Positions 47,368-57,115 are shown, counted from the stretch's first letter. The stretch is 64,000 nucleotides of DNA from an uncultured Gemmatimonadaceae bacterium (GCA_963790305.1 CAWBOC010000010.1:288001-352000), one strand, 5' to 3'. A program made the numbers and translations. Notes: generated by a model not told the origin, from the sequence alone.

Positions 47368-50190
47368 CATGGACGGCCCCAGCAGGATTGCGTTGAGCAC
47401 GAGCCTGTCCAGCGCCCGCCACCATCCCCGAAACATCGGCTCGTTGACGAATGCCACCACGTGGCCGTCGCCCATCGATTCCTCCACCAGCAGGGCCGTT
47501 CCGCGCAGCAGGCGCTCGGTGTTGTCGGGAAAGATGAACCCGGCTCGGTGAAGTCGGCCGGTCGACGGGAAGACCGCGACGTTCGCCCCATCCTTCGAAA
47601 GCGACAGAAAGAAATCGCCGTCGAGCATCACCGTGAGGCGCGGATCCTCGTAGCCGAAGGTGAGCCAGTGTGTGCGATCCAGCACGACGTCGAAGTGCGT
47701 ACCGGGCAGCGGTGCCGGGGAGTTGTTCGACGACGACGGACTCTTGACCGGGATGAGGTCCTCCGCCGTGCGCTCTGGCGCCTGACGACGGGCCGCGCTA
47801 TCGCTCGCCGACGGCTCCGCCTTGGCGCTGTCCTCGTCGGCGCCCACCGCTCGCCCGCTCGTTAGGTCGGTGCTCGCGCGCGCAGCCCACACGGTGGAGC
47901 CGCCCATCGTAATGAGCGTGCCCCCTCCGCGAATCCATTCCTTCAGGCGATCGACGCCCTCCTTGCCGAGTCGCGCCGTGAGCGCCCCGGGTGACGCGCT
48001 CGGGATGATGATGACGTTGAGCCTGGAGAGATCGCCGCCGGAGAGATATCCGATCGAGATCGGCATGAAGTCGATGCCGTAGCGTCGCTCGAAGGTCCAC
48101 CAGAGCGCGCCGTAGGATGTCTGGCTCACTCCCTCGTCGCCGACCATCGCGATGGTGGGGGCGGTGGCCGCGACGGTCGCCTCGGAGCCGATGCCGAACT
48201 GGGCGGCGGTCGTGAAGGCGGAGTTGACGCCCGTCACCTCGACGCCGCTCTCACGGGCCAGCGCATCGAGTCTCGACGCAACCGTCGTGTCGTTGCGTCC
48301 CACGCGCACTACCCACGAGCCACGCGGAAAGCTCTTTCCATCGGCCTCGATCGGCTGCGTCGCTACGGCGAGTCGGAAGCCGTTCTTCATCAGGTGATAC
48401 GCCAGGCGTGAAGCACCGTTGCGGTCGGGGGGAAACACGTATGCCGATCTCGCGCCTGCACCCGCTACGATTCCCCCCGGAATCTCCACCGCCAGGAGCT
48501 CGCCACCCACTCGGCGTGCCTGTTGCTGCGCCTCGGGAAGCGTCGGCTCCTCCGCAGGCAGCGACAACACGCGTGCGTTGACCGCAGCAGCGTCCTCCGT
48601 CCAATACGCCTCGACACCGAACGCGACGGGAAGCGACCACGCGGTGAGATCATAGAACTCATATCCCTCGCGCACGCCGCCACGTCCTCGCCTTACGTTG
48701 CGCACGAACTTGGCGATCTGCTCGCGTACGAACGAGCTGTCCATGGACGGCGTCGGCTCGAGGAACGCCTTGGCCACTCGGCCGTTCGGCTGCGCGAGAT
48801 CGACGACGTACGCCCCGCGCGGGAACCGTTGTGACCGGACCGCGTCGTCCGCGAAGGCGTGGGCGCGTGAGGATGAGAATTCCGCATCGGCCGCGCGCAC
48901 CTCGATGCCAGCACGCAACAGTGCCGACGCGAGCTCCGCGGCGCGCCCAGGATCGCGTCCAGGGAGAAAGACGATGCGCTTCATCGTCCCGGCTCGTCCG
49001 TCCGCGATCGCGCTCTGGCGAAACCGGAGGAAATCGCGCACGCGCTCGTCGCGGCGCGCGGCGGTCTGCTCGATGGTCGCCATCGACGCGACCCAGTGCT
49101 TCGCGATGCCATCTCGGAACGAGACGAGCGTGCCGTCATCGCGGCGCCAGAGAATGCCCTTCCAGCCGCCACCGTCGGTCTCGAACGTCATTCCGGCTGC
49201 GCCCATGAGCGCCGGCCACGTGTCCCAGTAGAACACGGCGTAGAAATCGAAGATGTCGCGCGAGTAGTACATCCACCCGTACTTGTCGAAGGCCGTCGCG
49301 TTGGCGCGGCCGAGGATCTCCATCCATTTCGCGAACAGATCGCCGAAGTTCGCGTTGATGGCTTTCGCGACGGGAGGAAAGAAGTACCGCTCGGTGACGC
49401 CGTGCAGATCCGCGGCCACCATCGGATGCCACCGGAGCATCGCGCGCATGAGACCCTGCACCTCGCGCTGCGTCGACGCCATCACATCGCGATTCATGTC
49501 GAAGCGATAGTGATTGTAGCGACCCTGCACGCTCCACGGCTCATCGTGCTCGATCGCGTTTGGATCGGGATGACGGACGTTGATCGAGTTATACCAGACG
49601 GTGAAGCGCTCGTGCCCGTCCGGGTTCGAGCTGGGGTTGATCACGACGATCGTGTTACGAAGCGCGCCGACGGTCGCGGGCTCCTCGCTCGCGGCGAGCT
49701 GATAGAGCGTTTGAATCGCCGATTCGAACCCCGGCGACTCGTTGCCGTGCACCGAGTGCGACAGGAAGACCACGGCGGGAGTGCGGGTGACGATCTGCTC
49801 GAGCTCCGAGGCGCTTGCGCCGCGCGGGTCGGCGAGCCGGTCGAGGTCGGCGCGAATCGCGTCGAGTCGAGCGATGTTTTCGGGAGATGAGACGATGAAG
49901 AGCCGCATCGTGCGCCGTTCGTAGCTCGAGCCGAACTCCTCGACGCGCACGCGATCCTTGGCCGCATCGGCGATCGCAAGCAGCACTCGCTCCTGGGCCG
50001 CGTACTGCGTGTTCATCTCCCCGATGGAGTATCCGAGCACCGCCTCCGGTCGCGGGACCGCCTGGCGATACGGGCCGCGATCGTAGAACGAGAAGTCGCG
50101 GTCGTCGCGAATGGAATCGAGGGGAAGACTCTGTGCGGCGAGCGGCGACGCGAGGGTCAGCGAGAGGAGAGTGACGCGGAGCAGGCGCAT
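47365..50190 (-). CDS. M14-family zinc carboxypeptidase with C-terminal glutamine-amidotransferase-like domain
   Basis: Signal peptide, SVHGNE, NPDG.ER, DMNRD and DLHG. The ORF-track extension to 50454 crosses a palindrome. Confidence 0.88.
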   Translation of the reverse strand: MRLLRVTLLSLTLASPLAAQSLPLDSIRDDRDFSFYDRGPYRQAVPRPEAVLGYSIGEMNTQYAAQERVLLAIADAAKDRVRVEEFGSSYERRTMRLFIVSSPENIARLDAIRADLDRLADPRGASASELEQIVTRTPAVVFLSHSVHGNESPGFESAIQTLYQLAASEEPATVGALRNTIVVINPSSNPDGHERFTVWYNSINVRHPDPNAIEHDEPWSVQGRYNHYRFDMNRDVMASTQREVQGLMRAMLRWHPMVAADLHGVTERYFFPPVAKAINANFGDLFAKWMEILGRANATAFDKYGWMYYSRDIFDFYAVFYWDTWPALMGAAGMTFETDGGGWKGILWRRDDGTLVSFRDGIAKHWVASMATIEQTAARRDERVRDFLRFRQSAIADGRAGTMKRIVFLPGRDPGRAAELASALLRAGIEVRAADAEFSSSRAHAFADDAVRSQRFPRGAYVVDLAQPNGRVAKAFLEPTPSMDSSFVREQIAKFVRNVRRGRGGVREGYEFYDLTAWSLPVAFGVEAYWTEDAAAVNARVLSLPAEEPTLPEAQQQARRVGGELLAVEIPGGIVAGAGARSAYVFPPDRNGASRLAYHLMKNGFRLAVATQPIEADGKSFPRGSWVVRVGRNDTTVASRLDALARESGVEVTGVNSAFTTAAQFGIGSEATVAATAPTIAMVGDEGVSQTSYGALWWTFERRYGIDFMPISIGYLSGGDLSRLNVIIIPSASPGALTARLGKEGVDRLKEWIRGGGTLITMGGSTVWAARASTDLTSGRAVGADEDSAKAEPSASDSAARRQAPERTAEDLIPVKSPSSSNNSPAPLPGTHFDVVLDRTHWLTFGYEDPRLTVMLDGDFFLSLSKDGANVAVFPSTGRLHRAGFIFPDNTERLLRGTALLVEESMGDGHVVAFVNEPMFRGWWRALDRLVLNAILLGPSM

Positions 50191-50262
50191 GGCTGGGGCG
50201 TGAGGTGTGAGCGGTCGACGTGGCGCAGATACTACAGCGGGAAGTTCAATTCGCAACGAGCC

Positions 50263-50372
50263 CCAACTGCTTGACCACAGAGGCACAGAGGGCACGGAGG
50301 ACGGCCAACTGCAAGGACCCTTGCAGTTGGCCGTCCTCCGTGCCCTCTGTGCCTCTGTGGTCAAGCAGTTGG
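50263..50372. repeat. Perfect 110-bp palindrome with CACAGAGG-type units
   Basis: 54-bp arms (50263-50316 / 50319-50372) with no mismatch. Confidence 0.92.
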
Positions 50373-50484
50373 CTCGTTCCAGTAGCGTCTGCGTGCATCC
50401 AGCACGGGCTCGCGCGCCCACCAGGAGCTTAAGCTCAGCCGCCTGCCCTCGCATTGCAGTCCCGCTCCCGCGCTTTTTACGAAA

Positions 50485-52545
50485 TCAAAACTCGATCTGC
50501 GCGCCGAGCTCCACGACTCGATTCGGTGGGATCTGGAAGAATTCCGTCGCGCCCTGTGAGTTGCGGGACATGATCCCGAACAGCTGCTTGCGCCAGCGCG
50601 CCATGCGGGAGCTTCCGGTGGGGATCAGGCGCTCGCGCCCGAGGAAGAAGGAGATCTCGTGCGGCCGCAGATGCGCGATGCCGCTCTCCTCGCAGTACTC
50701 GAGGATCTCGGGAACGTTCGGCGTCTCCATGAAGCCGTAGCGCGCGATGACGCGGACGAAGTTCTCGGGCAGCCGCTCGACCTCCACGCGCTGCTCGTCA
50801 GGCACCTCCGGCACTTCCACCGAGACGATCGACATCAGCATCACCTGCTCGTGCAGCACCTTGTTGTGCTTGAGATGGTGCAGCATGACCACCGGCGTCC
50901 CCTCCGGATCCGACGTCATGAACACGGCGGTGCCAGGGACGCGGTACGGCTTGCGGTTGCCGACATCGCGGAGGAAGAGATCGAGCGGGAGCGAGCTCCG
51001 ACGGAGGATGCTCGAGAGGAGGGTGCGTCCGCGCTTCCACGTCGTCATGAGCGTGTAGACGATGAGCGCGACGACCAGCGGTACCCATCCGCCATGCGGC
51101 ACCTTGAGCAGGTTCGATGAGAAGAACGCGAGATCGATTGAGAGAAACAGCACGACGAACGTCGCCACCTGCCAGGGTTTCCAGTTCCAGCGCTGCCGCG
51201 CGACCGCCACGAACAGGACGGTCGTGATCGCCATCGTCCCGGTGACGGCGACTCCGTACGCGCCGCCCAGGGCACCCGCCGAGCGGAAGCCGACGACCAG
51301 CAGCAACGTCCCGAGGGCGAGGGCCTTGTTCACTTCGGGGATGTAGATCTGCCCCGCCTCACGAGCGGAGGTATGCTGGATGGTCATGCGCGGCATGTAG
51401 CCAAGCTGTATCGCCTGCTGCGTCAGCGAGAATGCCCCGGAGATGAGGGCCTGCGACGCGACGATCGTCGCGGCGGTCGCGACGAAAAGCAGCGGGATGA
51501 GGAGCGGCCGGGGTGCGAGGAGATAGAACGGATTCTCGATGGCTGCGGGATCGCGCAGCAGCAGCGCGCCCTGGCCGAAGTAGTTGAGCAACAGGGCGGG
51601 GAAGACGAGGCTGAACCACACCACGCGAATCGGGCGCTTTCCAAAATGTCCCATGTCCGCGTACAGCGCCTCGCCTCCGGTGATCACGAGGACGACGGCA
51701 CCGAGGACGACGAACGAGACTGTCGGATGATCGAAGAAGAAGCGGACGCCGTTCCATGGATTGAGCGCCCACAGCACTTCGGGTCCTCGCGCGATCTCCA
51801 TGATGCCGAGACCCGCGATACTGAGGAACCATACCAGCGTGACCCATCCAAACATCGTCCCCACGCGAGCGGTCCCGAATCGCTGCACGGCAAACAATCC
51901 GGCGATGATGACGAACGCCAGCGGCACGATGAGGTGCTTGAGCGCCGGCGTTGCGACCTCGATCCCTTCGACGGCCGACAGCACCGATATCGCGGGCGTG
52001 ATGATGCCATCGCCGTACAGGAACGCGCCCCCAATGAGGCCGAGCGCGATGAGAATTGCGCGGCGCCGCGCATCGCGCCGCCGTCGCGCACCGCTCTGCA
52101 CGAGTGCCAGCAGCGCCAGCACTCCACCCTCACCTCGGTTGTCGGCGCGCAGGATGAAAAGCACGTACTTCACGCTGATCACCAGCAGCAGCGCCCACAC
52201 GATGAGCGACAGCACGCCGTAGACATTCACTGGCGTCGGAGCGAGCCCGTAATCCGGTTTGAACGTCTCCTTGATCGCGTACAGCGGGCTCGTCCCGATG
52301 TCGCCATAGACGACGCCGAGCGCCATCAGCGACAGAACGGCGAGCCGCTTCCCGGTTGGATGCTCCTCGGGACGATGGCGGTGGGGATGGGGCTGAGCGG
52401 GGTTCTTCGGTGGGGGGGCCGGCACCCCGGAGCTCACCGGCGCACGTACCGCGATCTCCCCCGTGCTAGTGGGGTCAGCAGGGGTGTTGGGCGGGAGCGG
52501 CATTGCCGGCTCCGCCCCGGTCGGTTCTGGGGGCTCTACGGTCAT
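50485..52545 (-). CDS. kup: Potassium uptake transporter Kup
   Basis: LGVVYGDIGTSPLY, ADNRGEGG, GDGIITPAISV, EALYADMGHFG, YGFME and VVELG. Confidence 0.96.
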   Translation of the reverse strand: MTVEPPEPTGAEPAMPLPPNTPADPTSTGEIAVRAPVSSGVPAPPPKNPAQPHPHRHRPEEHPTGKRLAVLSLMALGVVYGDIGTSPLYAIKETFKPDYGLAPTPVNVYGVLSLIVWALLLVISVKYVLFILRADNRGEGGVLALLALVQSGARRRRDARRRAILIALGLIGGAFLYGDGIITPAISVLSAVEGIEVATPALKHLIVPLAFVIIAGLFAVQRFGTARVGTMFGWVTLVWFLSIAGLGIMEIARGPEVLWALNPWNGVRFFFDHPTVSFVVLGAVVLVITGGEALYADMGHFGKRPIRVVWFSLVFPALLLNYFGQGALLLRDPAAIENPFYLLAPRPLLIPLLFVATAATIVASQALISGAFSLTQQAIQLGYMPRMTIQHTSAREAGQIYIPEVNKALALGTLLLVVGFRSAGALGGAYGVAVTGTMAITTVLFVAVARQRWNWKPWQVATFVVLFLSIDLAFFSSNLLKVPHGGWVPLVVALIVYTLMTTWKRGRTLLSSILRRSSLPLDLFLRDVGNRKPYRVPGTAVFMTSDPEGTPVVMLHHLKHNKVLHEQVMLMSIVSVEVPEVPDEQRVEVERLPENFVRVIARYGFMETPNVPEILEYCEESGIAHLRPHEISFFLGRERLIPTGSSRMARWRKQLFGIMSRNSQGATEFFQIPPNRVVELGAQIEF

Positions 52546-52574
52546 GAAGAGGTACGACGACCCCTCGGCCACGC

Positions 52575-52607
52575 AAAAAACGGGTCGCGGCTGTCGCCGC
52601 GACCCGT
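52575..52607 (-). terminator. Intrinsic terminator downstream of the PadR gene
   Basis: GC-rich stem (ACGGGTCGCGGC / GCCGCGACCCGT), 4-nt loop and a U6 tract on the minus strand. Confidence 0.8.
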
Positions 52608-52644
52608 CATGGAATCTACGTGCCGCCTCGGCGGCGTCCAGCGG

Positions 52645-53229
52645 TTACTTCGTGAGGTCGTCGATCTCCTTCGCGGCGCGCTCGAGGACCTCACGCATCT
52701 TCGCCAGAACGTCGCTTTCCACGCTCCGACGGAAGGCGCTTCCGTACACCGCTCGGCCGAGATCGGCGAAGGCTCGATTGACGTCCGTCATCTTCCCGCC
52801 GAACAGGCTCGAGCCGAACTGCGCCATCCGCTCGAAGATGTCGTCGACGGTCGTCTTGTGCTCGGCCAGGTGTGCGCGGCCGGCATCGGTGATCTCGTAG
52901 ATCTTCTTGCCCCCTTCCTCTTCGCGCGCGACCGCGAAGCCGAGATCGACGAGCATGGTCAGCGTCGGGTAGACGGTGCCAGGGCTTGGAGAGTACGCCC
53001 CTGAGAAACGGTCCTCGAGCTCCTTGATGATCTCGTATCCGTGTCGGGGCTTCTCTTCCAACAGCTGAAGGATCACGTACTTGAGGTCACCCTGCTCGAA
53101 CATGCGGCCACCCCGCCAGGGGCCACCGCGCCGGCGCCATGGTCCTCCCCAGAACGCGAATACGCCTGGGTCGAAATCCGACGAACCCTTCCTGCCGTGA
53201 TGGTGAGGCCAGCGATCGTGCGTGCACAT
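52645..53229 (-). CDS. PadR-family transcriptional regulator
   Basis: GDLKYVILQLL, HGYEII, PSPGTVYPTL and KKIYEITDAG; His/Gly-rich N-terminus. Confidence 0.93.
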   Translation of the reverse strand: MCTHDRWPHHHGRKGSSDFDPGVFAFWGGPWRRRGGPWRGGRMFEQGDLKYVILQLLEEKPRHGYEIIKELEDRFSGAYSPSPGTVYPTLTMLVDLGFAVAREEEGGKKIYEITDAGRAHLAEHKTTVDDIFERMAQFGSSLFGGKMTDVNRAFADLGRAVYGSAFRRSVESDVLAKMREVLERAAKEIDDLTK

Positions 53230-53250
53230 AGCGGTACCCCGGAGGTTCTG

Positions 53251-53273
53251 ACGATAGTACGTACGATATATCG
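53251..53273. promoter_or_regulatory. Putative PadR operator
   Basis: Palindrome CGATATATCG (53264-53273) plus a degenerate copy ACGATAGTACGT in the divergent promoter region. Confidence 0.55.
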
Positions 53274-53379
53274 CCGAGCGGTGTTTCGCGAGTTGGCCGG
53301 GCTCTCGACCCGCCGTATGTTTTCCGCCACATTTGGTGCCCCCAGACCAGCCTCGACCCCGTCCTCGGAGACACCTTCC

Positions 53380-54231
53380 ATGCTGCGCGCGCTTTGCCTC
53401 GCGTTCGCTCTCGCGGTACTGACGTCCCCAGCTCACGCTCAGCTCGGCGGCTTGAAGAAACGGGCCGAGAAGGCCGTCGCGAATAAGGTCGCACCCAAGA
53501 CGGCGGCCGGCGCTCGCGCGACGCCCACGTTCGACGCCGTCGTCGTCGAGCTCACCGAAGCGCGCATTACGACGTTGCTCACCGGTTTCGCCGCTGAAGC
53601 CAAAGCTGCGGCGAAGAACCAGGAGTACGAGGCAGGACGCCAGCAGCGCGAAGCGGCCTACCGGCAGCAGCGCGATGCGTACGAACGCGCGCGCACCGAC
53701 TGGGAGAAGAGGAGTGCGGCGTGGGACCGATGCATGGAGAAGTATCGGGCTGAAGTCGACGCGCGTGGCCAGCAGTCGCAAAGCTTCGTGCAGAGCACGG
53801 ACACCATGAAGCTGAAAGCCCTCGCGCTCCGCATCCAGAACGCTCAAGTGCGTGGTGACATGGCCGAAGCGAAGCGGCTTACCGACTCGCTGACGTCCAT
53901 CATGAACGCCGCCGTCGCGCAGTACGGCTCGGCCGACATCGAGAAGCGAGCGCGTGCCGAATGCGGGGATCGCCCCGAAGAGCCCGCCCGGCCGGAAGCT
54001 CCGGCCCAACCGGTCAGCCTCAGCACGCTGGGGGATGGCTCGCGGGCGTCGGGAATGCCGGAGGAGCAGTACCGCATTGCGCGCGAGCGCGTCCTAGCCT
54101 GGCTGTCGTTAGGTGACGACAAGATCACCAGCGGAGAGACGAAGTACGCCTTCACCGATGCGGAGCTTGCGGCGTTGAACGGACGGCGGGCCGACCTCCG
54201 GCAGTACGAGACGCTCCTGCAGACATACTGA
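53380..54231 (+). CDS. Secreted helical hypothetical protein
   Basis: Signal peptide AHA-Q, GGAG ribosome-binding site, coiled-coil composition and two Cys. Confidence 0.7.
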   Translation: MLRALCLAFALAVLTSPAHAQLGGLKKRAEKAVANKVAPKTAAGARATPTFDAVVVELTEARITTLLTGFAAEAKAAAKNQEYEAGRQQREAAYRQQRDAYERARTDWEKRSAAWDRCMEKYRAEVDARGQQSQSFVQSTDTMKLKALALRIQNAQVRGDMAEAKRLTDSLTSIMNAAVAQYGSADIEKRARAECGDRPEEPARPEAPAQPVSLSTLGDGSRASGMPEEQYRIARERVLAWLSLGDDKITSGETKYAFTDAELAALNGRRADLRQYETLLQTY

Positions 54232-54235
54232 TCGC

Positions 54236-55180
54236 ATGGCCGCGCGCACGCTGCTGCGGTGCGGCGCGGCCGCGCTCGTCGCCCTGCCCCTCACGAGTGA
54301 CCCGTCCTCGCTCGCCGTCGAGCGGGACGGAGCATGGCACGAGTGGTGGCGTGACGATCGCGCACCGCGCCAGTGGACCGGCGCGCTCGAGACGGTCGAA
54401 GGGGCAATCACGTGGACGTCGGTCGCGTCCGGCGTCGAGTGGGGGACGTTCCGCATTTCGGGGAGCGGTGAAGCGTGGCGTCTTCGCGTGATTGTCGCGC
54501 GCGTCGATCCCTCTCGCGTCACGCTTTCGCTGGCGGGCACGCACGAGCCGGCCGGGCGCGGGCGGGGCTGGACGATCGATCAGGCACCGGAATCGGCGCT
54601 CCTGGCGTTCAACGCGGGCCAGTTCTCGGACAGTGGCCCCTGGGGGTGGGTCGTGCGCGACGGGCGCGAAGTGCGTGCGCCCGGCTACGGTCCGCTCGCG
54701 CCGGCCGTCGTCATCGATTCGACGGGACGGGTTCGAATCGTGCCCGCGGACAGTGTCGGCATCGTCAGGCAGGAGGCGGGGATCGCGGTTGCGTTCCAAT
54801 CGTATCCGGCCGTCCTGCTGCGGGACGGCGTGGTGCCTCGCCAGCTCTTCGACGACGGCAGCGGCGTGAACCTCCGCCACCGCGACGCTCGCCTGGCGCT
54901 GGGAGTGCTTCGCGATGGCCGGCTCCTGGTGGCGATGACCCGCTTCGAGGGGCTGGGGGGGGCGCTGTCGAACCTTCCGTTCGGCCTCACGACGCCCGAG
55001 ATGGCGGCGGTGATGGGCGCGTTAGGCGCCCAACGGGCCGTGCTCCTCGACGGGGGCATCTCGAGCCAGATGCTGCTGCGCGAGAACGGCGCGGTGCGCG
55101 CGTGGCGGGGGGTTCGGCAGGTGCCGTTAGGCCTGATCGTTCGCCAGAGGGAGTCGAGGGTGTCCAGGTCGTCGAGGTGA
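54236..55180 (+). CDS. Phosphodiester glycosidase (NAGPA-like) family protein
   Basis: FNAGQF, HRDARLALG and AVLLDGGISSQM. Confidence 0.8.
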   Translation: MAARTLLRCGAAALVALPLTSDPSSLAVERDGAWHEWWRDDRAPRQWTGALETVEGAITWTSVASGVEWGTFRISGSGEAWRLRVIVARVDPSRVTLSLAGTHEPAGRGRGWTIDQAPESALLAFNAGQFSDSGPWGWVVRDGREVRAPGYGPLAPAVVIDSTGRVRIVPADSVGIVRQEAGIAVAFQSYPAVLLRDGVVPRQLFDDGSGVNLRHRDARLALGVLRDGRLLVAMTRFEGLGGALSNLPFGLTTPEMAAVMGALGAQRAVLLDGGISSQMLLRENGAVRAWRGVRQVPLGLIVRQRESRVSRSSR

Positions 55181-55237
55181 TCGAGGGAACGTCGTTGCCT
55201 CTCCTCGATGACCTGGACCACCTCGACATCCTCGACT
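55152..55237. repeat. Hairpin element with TCGAGG-core 9-mer arms
   Basis: Shares GAGGTGATCGAGGGAAC with the 4867 element; contains the upstream TGA stop. Confidence 0.85.
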
Positions 55238-55240
55238 GCT

Positions 55241-56680
55241 TCAGACCTTACGGGTCTTCCACCGCCCCTTCTTGAACAGCCACGCGCTCAGCACCGCCAG
55301 CGTCGAATACGCCACCGTGATCGCGACGAAGACGCCGCGCGGACCCATGTCCAGCACCACGGCGAGCGCGTAGGCGAGCGGGATCTCCCAGAGCCAGAAC
55401 ACGACCAGGTTCAGCCACGTCGGCGTCCACGTATCGCCGGCGCCGTTGAACGAGCTGGTGATCACCATGCCGTAGGCGTAGAACAAAAAGCCGAGGGCCA
55501 CGATGCGAAGGCAATCGATCGCATAGGGAGTGACGGCGGGATCAGCGGTGAACAGCGACACGATCGCTCGGGCGAGAAGCACGAAGAGCAGACCGACGAT
55601 GCCGAGGAAGACGAGGTTGTAGCGCGCGGCGATCCAGACTGCGCGCTCGGCGCGCTCCGGTTTCTTGGCACCGAGCGCCTGCCCGACCATGGTGGCCGCG
55701 GCGTTGCTCAGTCCCCACGACGGCAACAGCGCGAAGATGATGACCCGCATGCCGATCGTGTAGCCGGCGAGCGCGGCACTCCCGAAGCTCGAAATCACGC
55801 GAACGAGTCCGATCCAGCTCGCGGTGCCGATGAGAATCTGGAAGGTGCCTGACGCGGACAGCCGGATCATCTGCCACATGAGCGCCGGATCGAACGCGAA
55901 GTGGCGACGGGCGACGTGCACGCGGGCCCCAGGGCGGAACAGGCGGCTGATCGCGTACAGTGCCCCGGTGCCGCGCCCGATGTTCGTCGCCACCGCGGCG
56001 CCGACGACGCCCATCTCCGGAAACGGACCAATGCCGAAGATGAGGAGTGGTCCGAGCACGATGTTGATCCAGTTCGCGAGCCACAGCACGCGCATCGCGA
56101 TGGCTGCATCACCCGCGCCGCGAAAGATCGCATTGATGAGGAACAGGAGCAGAACGGTGGCGTTCCCACCCAGCATCACCTGCATGAATGCTGCGTTGGC
56201 GATGACCGCCGGGGATCCCCCCATGATCCGCAATAACGTTGGCGCGAGGACAATCCCGAGGACGCCGAGCACTACCGAGATGAGGAGACCGAGGAGCAGC
56301 GCCTGGGCGGCGGCATGCGCCGCTCCTTCCGCGTCGCGTTCCCCAATCCGGCGCGCCACCGTCGCCGTCGCGCCGATGCCGAGTCCCATCGCGAGCGAAT
56401 AGACGAGGACCATCATCGACTCGGTGAGCCCGACGGTCGCGACGGCGTCGGCACCGAGGCGGGACACGAAGAACACGTCGACGACGGCGAACACGCTCTC
56501 CATCACCGTCTCGAGCACCATCGGCACGGCGAGCAGAAAGATCGCTCGTCCTATGGGGCCTTCGGTGTAATCGTGGTGGGACCCGCGGATCGCGTCCTTG
56601 ACAGCGTCCCAGGTGCGCTGGGGACGCTCAGCGTCCGTACCGGGAGCCCCGGCGAGTGCGGTGTCCTGCGGTTCGTGCAT
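55241..56680 (-). CDS. MATE-family efflux transporter
   Basis: LAVPM, VDVFFVSRLG..AVA, FRGAGD and FNGAGDT; about 12 transmembrane helices. Confidence 0.93.
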   Translation of the reverse strand: MHEPQDTALAGAPGTDAERPQRTWDAVKDAIRGSHHDYTEGPIGRAIFLLAVPMVLETVMESVFAVVDVFFVSRLGADAVATVGLTESMMVLVYSLAMGLGIGATATVARRIGERDAEGAAHAAAQALLLGLLISVVLGVLGIVLAPTLLRIMGGSPAVIANAAFMQVMLGGNATVLLLFLINAIFRGAGDAAIAMRVLWLANWINIVLGPLLIFGIGPFPEMGVVGAAVATNIGRGTGALYAISRLFRPGARVHVARRHFAFDPALMWQMIRLSASGTFQILIGTASWIGLVRVISSFGSAALAGYTIGMRVIIFALLPSWGLSNAAATMVGQALGAKKPERAERAVWIAARYNLVFLGIVGLLFVLLARAIVSLFTADPAVTPYAIDCLRIVALGFLFYAYGMVITSSFNGAGDTWTPTWLNLVVFWLWEIPLAYALAVVLDMGPRGVFVAITVAYSTLAVLSAWLFKKGRWKTRKV

Positions 56681-56707
56681 GGGAGTGAGCGGAGGACCGG
56701 TGTCGGC

Positions 56708-57115
56708 TCAGCGCGGATCGGACGGCGGTGAGAAGTCGTCAGGCACGACGGGTCGGAGCGTGAGATCGAACGCGAGCCAGACGAGCCTGGAGAAAGGATA
56801 CAGAATGATCGGCGCCAGCACCATCGCGGCCGGGGCGCCCCATTGGAGCAGCGTCCAGGGCACGCGCGGCCAGGTCACTGCCAGCGTGGTGATGAGCACG
56901 ATGACGAACACCCCCTCGGCGAGGGCGATGTTGAACATCATGCCGCCAAGAAAATGGTCGGCTTCGCCGCGCTCCGGCCGGAGATGACAGCGCGGGCACG
57001 CAGGCGCCAGCTTGAACCAGGAGGCGAGGATGCCTCGTTGGCCGCAGTTCGGACACCGCAACGTCAGCGCGCGCGCGACGAGCAGGGCGCCGCGACGAAA
57101 GCCCTGAAACCGCAT
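56708..57115 (-). CDS. DUF983-like zinc-ribbon membrane protein
   Basis: RCPNCG, CPRC, two transmembrane helices and SR..W.AFD. Confidence 0.75.
   Translation of the reverse strand: MRFQGFRRGALLVARALTLRCPNCGQRGILASWFKLAPACPRCHLRPERGEADHFLGGMMFNIALAEGVFVIVLITTLAVTWPRVPWTLLQWGAPAAMVLAPIILYPFSRLVWLAFDLTLRPVVPDDFSPPSDPR

Noticed and set aside
50191..50454. N-terminal extension of the M14 peptidase (likewise pncB 26876-26965)
   Set aside because: The extension translates a palindrome; the signal peptide starts at 50190 and the pncB-like sequence near 26875.
52546..52644. c-di-AMP riboswitch upstream of kup
   Set aside because: The gap is only about 100 nt, much of it is the padR terminator, and I recognised no ydaO-type motif.
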